Shown here: piece by piece, positions 24,701 through 37,000 of the stretch
How the letters are laid out: every line of letters starts with the position of its first letter
Numbering within the stretch: position 1 is the first letter of the stretch
Assembly: GCA_036172245.1 (NCBI GenBank)
Contig: JAYWIR010000006.1
Span: 4,526,001-4,590,000, forward strand
Reading direction: 5' to 3'
Length of the DNA stretch: 64,000 bases
Origin: Raillietiella orientalis
Taxonomy: Eukaryota
Translations under genes and position numbers: made by a program
The notes under the pieces: model-generated
Database searches by the model: none
The model's input: the letters and a program-made list of their open reading frames with translations, nothing else
What the model was told of the DNA's origin: nothing

Positions 24701-27700
24701 GCAGATTTAGCAGGAAAGCATCCAAATGGACAGCGTAATTAGAAAGTTCCCAAGAAAGCAGCAATCAAGGGCATTCACAAAACTGTCTTTCAGCATCAAC
24801 CGCTGTTTGAATCAATTCAGACCTTACTGATCCCAAAACTTTAACAGCCCCTGAGAAATGCGCTACCGGCAAAACTTTAGACTGATGCAATTCGGAAATA
24901 TGGCATTTGCGTCCAAAATTTATCTGCCCATAAAATCAAAGATTTAATTCAATAAAATGTAGCAACAAGGAAGACATGCAAACGATGTGGTCTCCAGCAT
25001 ATTAAAAGGTCTACATCCTTAGAGAGTGGAAAAAATGGATCATAATGAAATGATAAATACATGGATACGACAAAAATAAACGCGCAGAATCTGTAACAAC
25101 ATGATTGGAGTTTTTCTTTAAATAGTAGATAGTTAATTCGAACTATCCTGCAAGCAAAACCACTCATATTACCACATGTTACTAAATTTCCTTGACTTTT
25201 TGATTCAACTGAATGAATTAAACCTTCTCTCTGAACAAAAACACAAAACGATACTTTAACGGAGCACACTTGTCAATCTTTTTTACAAGTATACGAATTC
25301 CAAGCATATATACAAAAAAAATACTTTTCAAAACATGCAACGTGTGTTTCCATCATGCTTTCCATTTCCGCCAAGATAAATTAAAAAGGCTCCATTTTTT
25401 GAATCGTTCAAATAAGGAGTTAAAACCCACTGAACATCCGTCCCAGTTGCTTACTGGATTCTTCCTTACATCCTAGAATTTAACCACATTTTTCCATGTT
25501 TTTCTTTCTTTACATTGTGTTAACTATTCTGTACAACTGATATTTGAACAGTGCGGACTCAAACCGTGAAAATGTATGAATTTCAGACATGGGGTACTTT
25601 TCTAACTGAGTGCATGGGATAAAATCTCTAGATGTGAGATAACTTTATACTAAATTTTGCCCAACAACGCTGAAAATGACTTAATTTTAAAAAATTATGA
25701 ATCACGTGCTGATCATGATGTCATTCACGTATAACAACTGTATATTGCTTAGTTCCGTAAAAAACTTCATAGGGATGAAATGCAATACCTGTATTGGGTC
25801 TCCCGTCACTATTAGGTCTTGCAGATGGGGCCCCATCACGGGCTTCTACTTCAAGAGCATAAGCTTGCTTCTGTTCTCGATCAAACACAGTTTTTGTAAA
25901 CACGACACCTGTTTGTTCGTTAATTTCGAAATAATCTTTGCCTTCATTTCGGGGCGAATCCACAATGGAATAATACACTTGGTTATTTGGAAAAGTTCCA
26001 TCTTTATCAATAGCATGAACTTCAGTCACTTTGGTGCCTACTGGCTCTCCTTCCAATACAGTTTCTTGCTCACGTTCTGTAAACAACGGTATCTCATCAT
26101 TAACATCCTCCAGAATTATATGGATAGTAGCTTCTGATGCAAGCTGCTGAGCTCCATTATTTTCAACACGGATTGTTAAATTGTATTCCTGAATAGTTTC
26201 ATAATCCAAAGGATGGTTAACTCTGATATCAGCCCAAGTGTGTCCATTATCCAGTCTTTGTTGCACGTAAAAGGTATCGTGTTTATTCGTTTGAGGGGTA
26301 GATCCACGAATCAGGCGATAAAAAACTGTTGGATTGTCATCGATTCCAGACCTACAACAACATAAAAGTCCATACATATATAGCAACTTTGAGATCAAAA
26401 ACATCGATAAAGAAAACGTGGTGTGCAAAAAAAAAATAAAATACACTTCACAAATATCGACATATGCATTTGTGCATAAGGCATGCAAAGGTCCAGGTGC
26501 GAGCACAGACCTTGCCTTGACCGATAGTATCCGAGACCCTACAGCTTGATTCTCACGCACATAAATAGGGCCATATACTAGCTGATCCCATTGGGGTGGT
26601 TTGTTAGCACGATCCACTACATTAATTTGAACTTCGACACTTCGTGTTAGTGGAGGTATGCCTTTATCCTGTGCAACAGCTTCAAGCCTGTAGCTTTCCC
26701 GCTACCCAAAAACATTACCAAAAGGTTAGTTAGTAATAGTTAGTAACACACAAATTGCATTCAATCACTGCTATCAGGGCCACTGCTTGCTTATTCCTAA
26801 AAACCAAGGCACCACCCCCTTTGGATCTCTATTATTACCTGGCATAAACTGAAGTGATTGTACTTCCTACTAGTTGATTTTCAGGCACATACAATGGGCT
26901 GGAGATGGTTTTTGTCCAAATAGGTGGTTTATTATTGCGATCAACAATATCCAACTCAACATCAACTTCTGCCCATTGAGGAGGATGGCCACGGTCTTGA
27001 GCACGCACCCGTAGGTGGAAATGCTCATGCTAAGCATACCCCAAAGATACACAAAAGATAAAACACAACCTTTGCATACAAATAACAGTGGAACGCTAAA
27101 TTTTGTGGTTTTTTGCTACAGAATGCCCATATGGCTAAAACGATGGGAGCTGTTTGTCAATATTGGTACAGGAAGAGCACACATTTCAACTTATCAATAC
27201 TTACGTCTAAAGGTCTCTTGAGAGTGATCCAACCAGAATCTTGCTGGATATCAAAATAATGTAGATCAGAAGGATTACTAGATGCATGCAACTGATACAA
27301 AATAGCTCCATTGCTGTCAGCATCTTCATCTGATGCAGATACTCGCAAAATATTAGCCCCAATGTGAGTGTCCTGCTTCACATTCTCGACATATTTCTAT
27401 GCTTCACATTAGATGGCTACCAATACAATCTATTTAAAGCTAACCTGACGATCAAATAGAGGAGGATTGTCATTTACATCCGTTATTTCTATAGTAAATG
27501 AGCAAACTCCTTCCAAAGAAGGTTCTCCTTGATCAGTAGCCTTGACAGTGACCGCCACAAGCTTGCCATCATCTCCTTCTCGATCAAACACTTTGTTTGT
27601 GAACAATTCTCCAGTATCTGCATCCACAGTAACTTTTGTGCCTTTCTGATTAGGCTGCTGGACAATGGAATATTTCACTTGTCCATTTATTCCTTTATCT

Positions 27701-30700
27701 TTATCTGTTGCTGACACACGAATAATAGGACTTCCATTAGGAGCGCCTTCTTCTACTTTCGGATTATAGGAAGCACACTCTTCAAACACAGGTTTATTGT
27801 CATTGACATCAGTTATGAAAACAACAACAACAGCAGTGCTTGTATGCAGTGTACTCTGTCCACCTTCACAACATGATCCATCATCAGTAGCAGTAACATT
27901 CAATTCATATTTATCACGATCTGCAAAAACATCAGTACCAAAAAAGCATTCAATTGAAATTTACCAAGATTTATTGGACCCCTCTGAAGCCGAATTACTC
28001 CTGTATTTTCCTCGATTTCAAACTGCCCTGCACGGTTGGTTCCTCCCACAAAACCAAATCGAATATTGTCACCATCTTTATCAGAAGCAACTACAGTAGT
28101 GACTAATGTGCCTGGTCCAGCATTCTCATCAACATTGGGAGTATACACTTGTTGCGAAAACTTGGGTTCTTCATCATTCTTATTCTTGGTATACACTCTC
28201 ACAGTCGAAGTTCCTGTTTTCGGAGGATCGCCTTTATCCTGAGCAGTCACTTGAAATTCATAATACGCATTGTTATTGTCTGCATCAAGACGCTTATTGT
28301 TGGACACCACTCCAATAGAATTAATGCGAAAATGTTCATCAGAAACACTATATTCGATTTCTGCATTAACACCTGAATCGGCATCTCTGGCTTTCACTTT
28401 CAAAATCGAAGTGCCTATTGGAATATCTTCTTCCACGTTATGAGCTTGATAATCTGGCAATTCAAACTTTGGAGTATTGTCATTCACATCTGTTACTCGA
28501 ATAGTTAACTGGTAAAAGAAGTTATAGCTAAGTAAGACCATAAGACAAACCAACCTCCACGGATGTAGAAAAGCCACCAGAATCCTCTGTAGCAGTCACA
28601 ACCAAATTGTACTTTTTGGGCTGTCGAAGATCTTCGAAATCTAGTTCCTTTGCAAGTTTCACAATGCCTGAAGTGGGTCCAATATTAAATGTCCCTGCCC
28701 CTTGTCCTTGAGCTTTGAGTGTGTATCTAATTTCCCTTTCAGCAAAAGATTTAGCTTTGATGGAAATAATGCTGAAAAGGCCAAGAAATAAGCTACTGAA
28801 GTTAACAAAGTTACATTGTATTCTGCTGCTACACACTGGAAATGAGCTCACAAAATAAAAGTGAAAGTAGGAGGAAACTGATTGGATCACAGTCATATTT
28901 AATTCTATTTAATATGTGAAGATCTTACTTTATTCAAAGTGCATAACTTAAGTATTGTGGCTTCTCTGAAACTAACATTTCAGAGAAGCCACAATACTGC
29001 AGTCTATTTTTATTGGGTTTCTTTCTGTTAGCAAATCAGTTGCTTACATCACTTGTTATTTATGATAAAGGCTTCAAAATACAATACTGGTATAACAACC
29101 AAATACACGAAAATATGTTTCATTTTTACTTCTTTCCCTTTTTTACTTGAAGTTGCGAATACGTAAGTATTATGAATCTACAGTATACTCTATTATATAT
29201 GATGATCAACATAGCTCATCTACATGACCATGTTGTACTCGCAAAAAGTTGGTGACCAGAGATCATGGATTTTCTGCAAAGATTTACAGAAACAGAAAAT
29301 GCCATAAATGACTGGAAGTAGAGAAAATATTATAATTTTCAAATTTACATGAATTCTGTAGTACCATTATAAAAAAAATATGGCACACAATATAATGACA
29401 TCAAAGTATCACAAATAAGTTTTTTCTATACCAAAAATTAAAGGAAATATGAGTAAATTGAACACGGAAATTTTTCCAACAGATGAAAACAAGTCATTTA
29501 GGCATTAAGTCACAGAAGGTCTCTGACAAATGCTGAATGAAAATTCATTTCAATACTATGAAAACTATGAGCTAAGAATGTTGGAATAGGCTGAAAAACC
29601 AACAAAAGAAACATAAAAGCAATCACTTCGAAAATATACACAAATCCTACCACCAATACAAATACACAGTGATCATCAATCTCAATTATTAGTCAAGCAT
29701 AGAACAGTAGCCAACACAGTAGTCACCACAGAGATCTCATGAAAAGATTCAGGAATGAATAAATTCAAATTTTTTAAGATGAAATGATACACAAAAAAGA
29801 AATACTACTATGATATTTAGAAATATTCTGGGATTCCGAGTTTTCAAAAGGACAAAAATGTGAACAACTTTTCATTTCACTAAATGAAAATAAATTAACT
29901 AACTCTGAATCCTTTTTTTGATTTTCAGGAATTTCAGCTTCATATTTTTCCAGGTAAAACTGAGGAGGTCTTTTCCCACCCACAATAGATAAGCGAGCTT
30001 CAGGGGTGCTTTGAAATGTCTTATCATCAATTCTTCCATTTTGGTCTTCAGCTTTGACATATATCACATACTCCATATCTAGCTGAAAAAGATCTGTTCC
30101 CCTTGTTCTGACAACACCACTTCGTTCATCAACTTCAAATCGACCACCAGCTTTAAAAAAGAAAGATTGCAGTTAGCTTCAAGTAATGAAATTGCAATCA
30201 TCAAATACTTTTAGATGTATTTTTTGAAATTTATTCTGGTATTACTACATGATTAACTTTTAAATGAAACAGAATGATCCATTTTTATTTTCAATATTCT
30301 TGACTTAACTTCATAAAAAAAATAAATTCAGAGAAAGAAAATACAACTATTCAAAACTTTCAAAGTTGGAGGTACAGTATCACGTTCAAATTGTAAAACT
30401 TTATGAAACATGAATGTATATTATTAGTTTTGGACTCATTTTACTGCGATATCTGTATTTATCATTTAGATCACTTATTATAGACTACTTATTATGAGAC
30501 TCTTATAAAAAATAATACAAGTACTAAATTAAATAGCAAATACAACCAGGTGACTTAACAACATACTAGTCTCATGGGAATAGAAGACATTTTTCATTTT
30601 TATGAGCTCACAAACTGAGAATAATAACAAAGTTTCATTGTAATACACACTGTTACATTAAAATGCCAGGGACTCTACTGATAATAATAATGAATTTCAA

Positions 30701-33289
30701 GGCACTGTAAATACCAAAATATTTTTTAAAAATTTTACAAAAACATTTAAGCTGCTCGAGTTAAAACATAAAACTAAGAAAATGAAATGTATACCACAAA
30801 TGGAATGTAATTGTATAAAATGCAGAACAAAATATTTGTATATAACAAAATGAAAAATAAGGTTAGGATGACAGTACTGAAGCAGCATTTTTTGGGGATT
30901 GAAATTGAATCACCAAGAGGCAGAAAAAATTTTGCATTTGAGCAATTAAAAATGAGTTCACGAAATTTTGATATATTCATTGAAATCACTTTCGTACAAG
31001 GTTTAATGAAATAAGTATTAAAGGTAATCTACCAAAAATGATCTTAAATGAAGATGATTATTTTTTTTTGTTTATCAATTTTCAGAAATATTTACATGTT
31101 GCATATTCAAGATAAATGAAATCGAAATTAAAGTCATGATGAAATTTGAGACATCCTTTACAAAAAATTACTTACTTCGATCCCTAACCATGAAATAATG
31201 GATGTCACTGTCAGTATCAGGATCACGAGCTTGCAATGTGAACACTGGAGTATTAGGAGGTGCATTCAGTTGAACAACAGTTTGCAATGGCAGTGGGCGA
31301 TTTATGAAATATGGTGGCTCATCATTGACATCACGAATTTGAACTATGACTCTCTGGTATTCTATATCTGAGGATGTTTATCAATAAAAGAGTACCAAAG
31401 AAAACATTTGCACATAAAACATTCTAATATGCAAACTGGTAGAATAACTGTGCAACTATACACCTACACAGACTCAGTGATTTACGTGCTAGGAATGCTA
31501 TTCTAGAATGTTGCAATGAATGAACACTATATATCGCATCATTTATATATATAAGTTTGACTCAATTATATACATCAAAAAAACTCAAACAATAAAAAGT
31601 TCTCTTTGATCTCTCTAATTTAACCCTATGTTGTGATCCACAAGTCCACATCTGACATAGAATACATTGATCTTTTTGTTAATCTGAAATGAAACACTTT
31701 TTTTTTCTTGTCATTTCAAGCTAATGAGCACCTAACATCATATGAAACAAAAGCTTTTTATTACAGCTTTAGAACCTACAGACATTTTTATTTAAAAGAC
31801 TCCTTTAAAAATACTAGGTAGGCTCTCTTATCACACAAAATTGCACTCTAATTTAAGCTAATCTTTAAAACTTGACATGTGCAATAATTTCAACTTATCA
31901 ATGCATATGTGAAATTGCTGTTCTTATTCATTTTTTTTATTGCTGCACATCTGCAAACTGGAATATTAGACATTTCACAAAACTATAATTACCTCCTGAT
32001 CCTGCATTAGTAATTTCCACCCAGAAGTCAATCGTTTTTTCACGGCCAAGTTCTTCATAATCCCATTTCTTTTTCACCTTGACATTTCCATTGGGTTCCA
32101 CAATTACCCATGGATTGGAAACATCCCGAATTTTAAAAAATTCTCGATCAGATTGTTTTTCGAGCTGAAAAACAACCTCATCTTCAACACGTCCTGCTAT
32201 TTCTAAAAACTCTAATCTCTTTGTTGGTCGTACAGCTTGTGACTGGCGTTTAATTCTGGTATTCTGAAGAGCATTTGCAACTGAAGTAGATGTATTACAA
32301 TTCACAACGAATGTTACTTTCACTTGACTTTTAAAAAATGGCATTCGACGATCATGAGCTTCCACCACAACTGAATTTGTGTGAGGAATTTTTTCATCAC
32401 TCACATATAAAATCACTCCAGTCTGTGGGACTATGAAAAACGGAGAATTCATTTCCAATATCTTATAAGCAATTGCATCTCCATCTTCATCATGGGCAGA
32501 AACAACACCAACACTTGAATATTTCGGAATCATACATGGTACAACAAAATAATACATGTCCTTGTCAAATTTTGGAAAATTGTCATTAACATCAAGAACA
32601 TTGACTTTAATCTTGGTTTGAGCTTTCCTTCCTGTATTAACATCTAAAGCCTGTACTATGAGGTCATGGTGGGGAACTTCTTCTCGATTCAATGAATACT
32701 TTGAAAAAATGCGCAGAGGTTCACCAGATGAGTATGAATAATTTAACAGATAAACATGTTTATGATTATCACTAATTATATTATACACTAGATGCTTTGA
32801 TTCATAAGTATCAACCAGTTTGAGATCTTTTAGATTGTCAATGAGAGTATATGGTGGAGAATTTTCCAATATTGTTCCTACATATTCTTCTTGTAAAAAT
32901 TTAAAGGGTTCAGTTTCATTAAATATAAAGAGCACAATGGAATGTTCTTCAAGGTAATTTTCATTTTCTTTAGTCACAGATAATTTAATTTTTTTGTTCA
33001 CTAAATGTGAAATATTTGATACTGTCATAACCGATCCATCTTGTAAAACAGTAAAGCTATGAGAATAATTACTTTTGATTACACCACCGCCACTATGTAA
33101 CTGCTTTATAATTGTACCTCCATCTGTATGATGGGAAAGGGGAATTACATAGGGGAAGGAGCTGCTAACATCTAATGCATCATTATGTCTCACTGTAAAA
33201 CTTTGGCTACAATACATATAAATGACTAGAAAATGAAGTTGCACTAGCCAATTTTGTGGCTTGCAAGCAATATTACATGTTGGTCTCAT
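9761..33289 (-). CDS. CadN: Type III classical cadherin (neural cadherin, DN-cadherin-like), multi-exon, with three pairs of duplicated alternative exons
   Basis: Signal-peptide-like N-terminus, many cadherin repeats (DxNDN, LDRE/LDYE), EGF and laminin-G domains, TM segment and classical cadherin tail ([45 protein letters not shown]). Phase-consistent exons read by hand: 33289-31993, 31367-31176, 30150-29904, 28771-28555, 28508-27965, 27920-27445, 27396-27205, [27029-26839 | 26701-26511], 26351-25789, 20860-20717, 18318-18203, [17969-17805 | 17658-17494], 17153-17016, 16922-16736, 16683-16450, 16323-15995, 14688-14383, 14333-14060, 14002-13794, 13732-13566, 13515-13140, 13035-12154, 12108-11755, 11704-11404, 11353-11164, [11032-10797 | 10596-10355], 10295-10077, 10026-9761. 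Confidence 0.96.
10355..10596 (-). CDS. CadN: CadN alternative exon, pair 3 copy B (exon 18-type: EGF plus half TM, 242 nt)
   Basis: tcag|...|gtaagt. [52 protein letters not shown]...[15 protein letters not shown], phase 2 to 1. Confidence 0.92.
10797..11032 (-). CDS. CadN: CadN alternative exon, pair 3 copy A (exon 18-type: Ca-binding EGF plus N-terminal half of TM, 236 nt)
   Basis: gtag|...|gtaggt. [51 protein letters not shown]...[17 protein letters not shown], phase 2 to 1. Confidence 0.92.
17494..17658 (-). CDS. CadN: CadN alternative exon, pair 2 copy B (Drosophila exon 7-type, 165 nt)
   Basis: ttag|...|gtacag. [55 protein letters not shown], same length and phase as copy A. Confidence 0.92.
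17805..17969 (-). CDS. CadN: CadN alternative exon, pair 2 copy A (Drosophila exon 7-type, 165 nt)
   Basis: acag|...|gttatt. [55 protein letters not shown], 55 codons, phase 0-0. Confidence 0.92.
18724..18781. repeat. (CA)n microsatellite
   Basis: Uninterrupted AC repeat of about 58 nt. Confidence 0.97.
19187..19687. mobile_element. pogo/Tigger-like (Tc1/mariner superfamily) MITE in a CadN intron
   Basis: Terminal inverted repeats CAGCAGGACCCCGTAC and (reverse complement) CAGTAGGCCCCCGTAC, both flanked by TA. No coding capacity. Confidence 0.7.
21900..22900 (-). mobile_element. Decayed LTR retrotransposon integrase remnant, possibly BEL/Pao
   Basis: Weak motifs GAPLSG...KAVGPILLS and KYVPMLK resemble the BEL integrase C-terminal region. 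GC-rich island in an intron. Confidence 0.3.
23154..24532 (-). mobile_element. Internally deleted piggyBac element
   Basis: TTAA at 23150-23153 and 24533-24536, with ends CCTTTTCG and CCCTTTTCG. Transposase remnants [44 protein letters not shown] and the Cys-rich tail [25 protein letters not shown]. Confidence 0.85.
26511..26701 (-). CDS. CadN: CadN alternative exon, pair 1 copy B (191 nt)
   Basis: gtag|...|gtctgt. Translates [64 protein letters not shown]. Same length and phase as copy A. Confidence 0.92.
26839..27029 (-). CDS. CadN: CadN alternative exon, pair 1 copy A (191 nt, cadherin repeat junction)
   Basis: ttag|...|gtaata. Translates [64 protein letters not shown], phase 0 to 2, with no stops. 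Colinear with copy B. Not shown in the ORF track in this frame. Confidence 0.88.
28951..28998. repeat. Perfect 21-bp inverted repeat with 6-nt spacer
   Basis: agtattgtggcttctctgaaa-ctaaca-tttcagagaagccacaatact. Confidence 0.95.
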
Positions 33290-33639
33290 ACTTGCAAGCT
33301 AAGATGATCCTACGGCATTTCTGCCTAAAAAAGGATTAAAGGGAGCAATGAAAAACTCGTACAAAATACATGAACTGAAACTGTTCAAAATCTCTAAGAT
33401 ACACATGGAAATTGAAAAACTGAGTGGACACTTACTAACAAGATAACTTCCGGGACTTATCAGAATGCTTGAACTACTTTGTTTCCCGATCGAACTTACG
33501 AACATAACATCAAGAGAATCGGGAAAACTTTGAAGTTTACATAATGCTGGGGGAGCACACATGCATATCTGCACTGAGAATTTTCAGCTGGCATATCAGC
33601 ACTAGTCTTCAATGGCTACATTCATCAATTCACGGGCCA

Positions 33640-34070
33640 GGACAACACGAGTTAATACTGAACCGCCGCGTTGCAATAAAGATCTGAAACGTGCAAATAT
33701 GCATTCCAATTAGTGTTTGTTTGCACTCCTGTCAGCCTCACTGCAGTAACACTCGTACGGCAACGAACGCGGCTTCGCAACGCATCTGGGCGCTGGGCGT
33801 AGCAACGCTCCCAGTGCACCAATTTCTGGGAACACGCAGATTTATACTCTAAACCATCACATGCACACGGCACAGCTCAAATGCACGTTGAGCGGGAAAA
33901 AAAATTTTTTTCCCTAAAACGAAAACGATTCAGCACCCTCACACTGCACCGCGTGCAGTAAAGGAGGATGCTGCACGGGAACATCAAAAATCCCTCGATG
34001 CAGATCGGACTCCTATGAAGCCGTTCCAAGAGGCAGCCCCGAGTCCGCGGACACCGGGAAGAGGATGCAT
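33640..34070 (-). promoter_or_regulatory. CpG-rich island upstream of the CadN start codon (putative promoter/5' UTR)
   Basis: Local CpG and GC enrichment within AT-rich DNA, 350-780 nt upstream of the ATG. Confidence 0.4.
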
Positions 34071-37000
34071 CTAAGATTGCTTGAAACTCAGGTCACATAA
34101 GCTGAGAAAACAATAAAAGCACTTTAAAAGCCAATATATAACAACTGAAGAAAGCAAAGTGGGCCTTTTGTTTGTTTTGATTTAGTTCCAGTCCAGGAAA
34201 GAAGTGATGCCCATTTTGATATTTGTTATCGTTGTGATGTCAGAAATGAAACTAATGATTACCTTACGTAGGGAATGAAAGATATGGAAAGAACTCGTGG
34301 ACGGGGAATTCATAATAAAAGGGAATGCTGGAATTATTTTGCGTGAGCAGATCAGGAGAAAAGCTTAAACATCAAACATTTAGAAAAGAAGTGTTCAGTT
34401 TTGTAGTATATTTATAAGTACTGGGTCTCCCGACACCAATACTTCAATCGATTGGTTTAAATATATGAGTTACAGATATTTCAATTGCACCTTAGCAAAA
34501 ATACCTTCAATTGTCTAAAATTTTGGAGCAATGGAACTATTCACCAGGAAAATGGTTTCAAATGGAGATCAGTAAGAAACGTCTGATAAAATTATATCGA
34601 ATTGTTAATGTGTGCATTTTTATTCGTTTTTTACAAAGTAATTTTCCTTTCAGCTATCCTCATTAAATACCATTCGAAAGAAAGCGTTTGTTTTTGTCCC
34701 GGTCCCTAGATGATTCATTTTCGAAAATAAGTAACTGCTGTTGAGAACAGCCAAGTTCTCAGAGTACACAATATTTTCGCTAAACAGAGATTTACGAGTA
34801 CCATTCGGGATGATGCGAAAAATTTATAAAGTTTGTGTGAATCCATGAATACTAGCTATACAGTTCAAAGCACATGCAAATAGCTTTCCACAGATGGATG
34901 GATTTAATGATTTTTCCATTTGAACATTTGCATGTGTACATTATTATAGGCACAACTCTATTCCGACACGACGAGGTGTCTGAGTGTCGATCCTACCATC
35001 CAATCCACCGATCAGCGTCGCACCAAATTTCCATTAGAATTGTAGGGCCAAGTGCTACCACAGCTAAGCAAATGTGTGGCTTCAAATCCATGATTAGGTG
35101 TGGCGACCGAGAATGTAGATTTTCCCCTGAATGTAATTCCATTCACGACTCGGATGGAAGTTCACAAGGACCTTGCAAATGGGAACTCTACTTTATAAAA
35201 GTCATTCCAAATGAAGTACGACATACTGTTGCTTCTACAAAATGCATTCGAATGTATTTTGCGGCAGATTTGGTTTTCGGAGGACGAATGAAGTGGCTTT
35301 TTCCAGCCTGAGTGCAGATGTTTGTTGCAGGCATTCAGTGGCTTCCCTACTGAAGACCACTTTACACACTTTCACAAAAGCCTGTACAACAGGCACGAAT
35401 AAAATATCTTCCCTCTCGCGAAAGACTACGAACATTTGTTACAATTCTTGATGAATGATTTCGTGCAAATGGAGTCTTCAAGCAAGTACACTCTTGCCGT
35501 AGTCTGCCATGACACATTCAGCGTGCGCAAGGCTTGCTGCTACCACTTTGAGGGTAAAGAACTTTTAAAACTGAAATTTCAAATTTTGATGCGGACAGTC
35601 ATCATAAGCCAGTTTGTTGCTTTCGTATTTGATTCACCGTTTAAATAAGTTTTCGATGAACCTTTTGTATTTTCTCGGAGTGAAGACCCCAAAAGCACCA
35701 TAGCCCTTATGTTATAACACTCGAAACGTTCCTGGAATTGTTCTTCCCTTCCATTTTTGAAACGTTCTTGATTCTCATGAAACTGTCAATATGTTCTAAT
35801 GAATCTGCACTTCAAAATCCAAAACATCTGAGCTTCAAAGTCAACTTGATTGTGCTCAATGTTTTCAGGTATTGACATTTCCTTATTGTAAAGAACCAGC
35901 ATCCTTCAAAATGATGTATATAGCTGAGCGTTTACGGTATATCACATCGTGTATGATAATTAAGTACGCATCAGTGGCCACGGCCAAATAAACCACTTCT
36001 ATTATGGAAATATTTTCCATTCACTATTCACCTGTCTTGGCTTATCACCATCAGTCTATCTATTGCAAGTTGGACTGGATGACAACATCTGGTTTCCTTG
36101 TCATTCGCTTGAGCACAGCTGCAAGAAGGAAACCAAGGTATGCAATGCCTAGATACGAGTACTTGCTCGGAGTCGTATTGCTGAATTCGCTCGATTCTGT
36201 TTATTCTAAGAAATCGGGAGCACCTGTCCCGAGTCCGTAGACTAAAAACGAGCGCACCCGTTGCCCCAAGCTGCAGGGTTCGCGTTCCTGACGAGGGTCC
36301 CGTTCCTTTCCCCAACTTTGGCCTTTAAAAAAAGTATCCTGGGGGTACAATCGATGATTGTCTGGAACACGTAATTTCGAGTTCTTGTGACGTCACGCTC
36401 ATTTAATTTGAAACCGTCGGAGACTTACAGAATAACTGACTCCATCTTTCGTCGTACTCATGGTTTCGCTCATTCCATTTTGATTCGGGTATCACTTTGA
36501 TGGAAATTGGCTCCATTTGTTGGATTTGCCACACATATCTCAAGTCTTCGTAATTGCTAAGAATTTCCCTCCCTCCCCCCTCCGCGCAGCCTTCTTTCCC
36601 TCCAGCAGCATGGAATCTGTTTACAGGAAACGTGCCTACATGAAATAACTCCATTTTCTCCGATGAAGTGATTTCATTAAGGCACAGTAGTCAGTCACTT
36701 GTGATGGTGTGATGTAACTATTAAGACGAGTACTTGGCGGTGAATCGTTAACTTATGCGGGGAATTAAGGCCAAGTAAATAAAAAAGGCGGAAATAAATA
36801 CCAAAGGCACCAGCCTCGAGAAAAGAGGAGCTGGACAACTCGGCTGGAAAACGGGAACCTTAGTTTGAGGACGAAAGCTGGAGTTGATGAAAGAATATGT
36901 GAAGGAAGGCTCTAAGGAAAAAGTTTCAAATTCGAATAATGCTTTTTGAATAGGATGCAGTACTATGAAAAAAAAGTGATGTAGAAAGGTGCGAAAAGGC

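Noticed and set aside
36230..36305. Hammerhead core (CTGACGAG) or degenerate tRNA-derived SINE head
   Set aside because: No GAAA and stem II/III to complete a hammerhead, and the A/B boxes are too degenerate to call.
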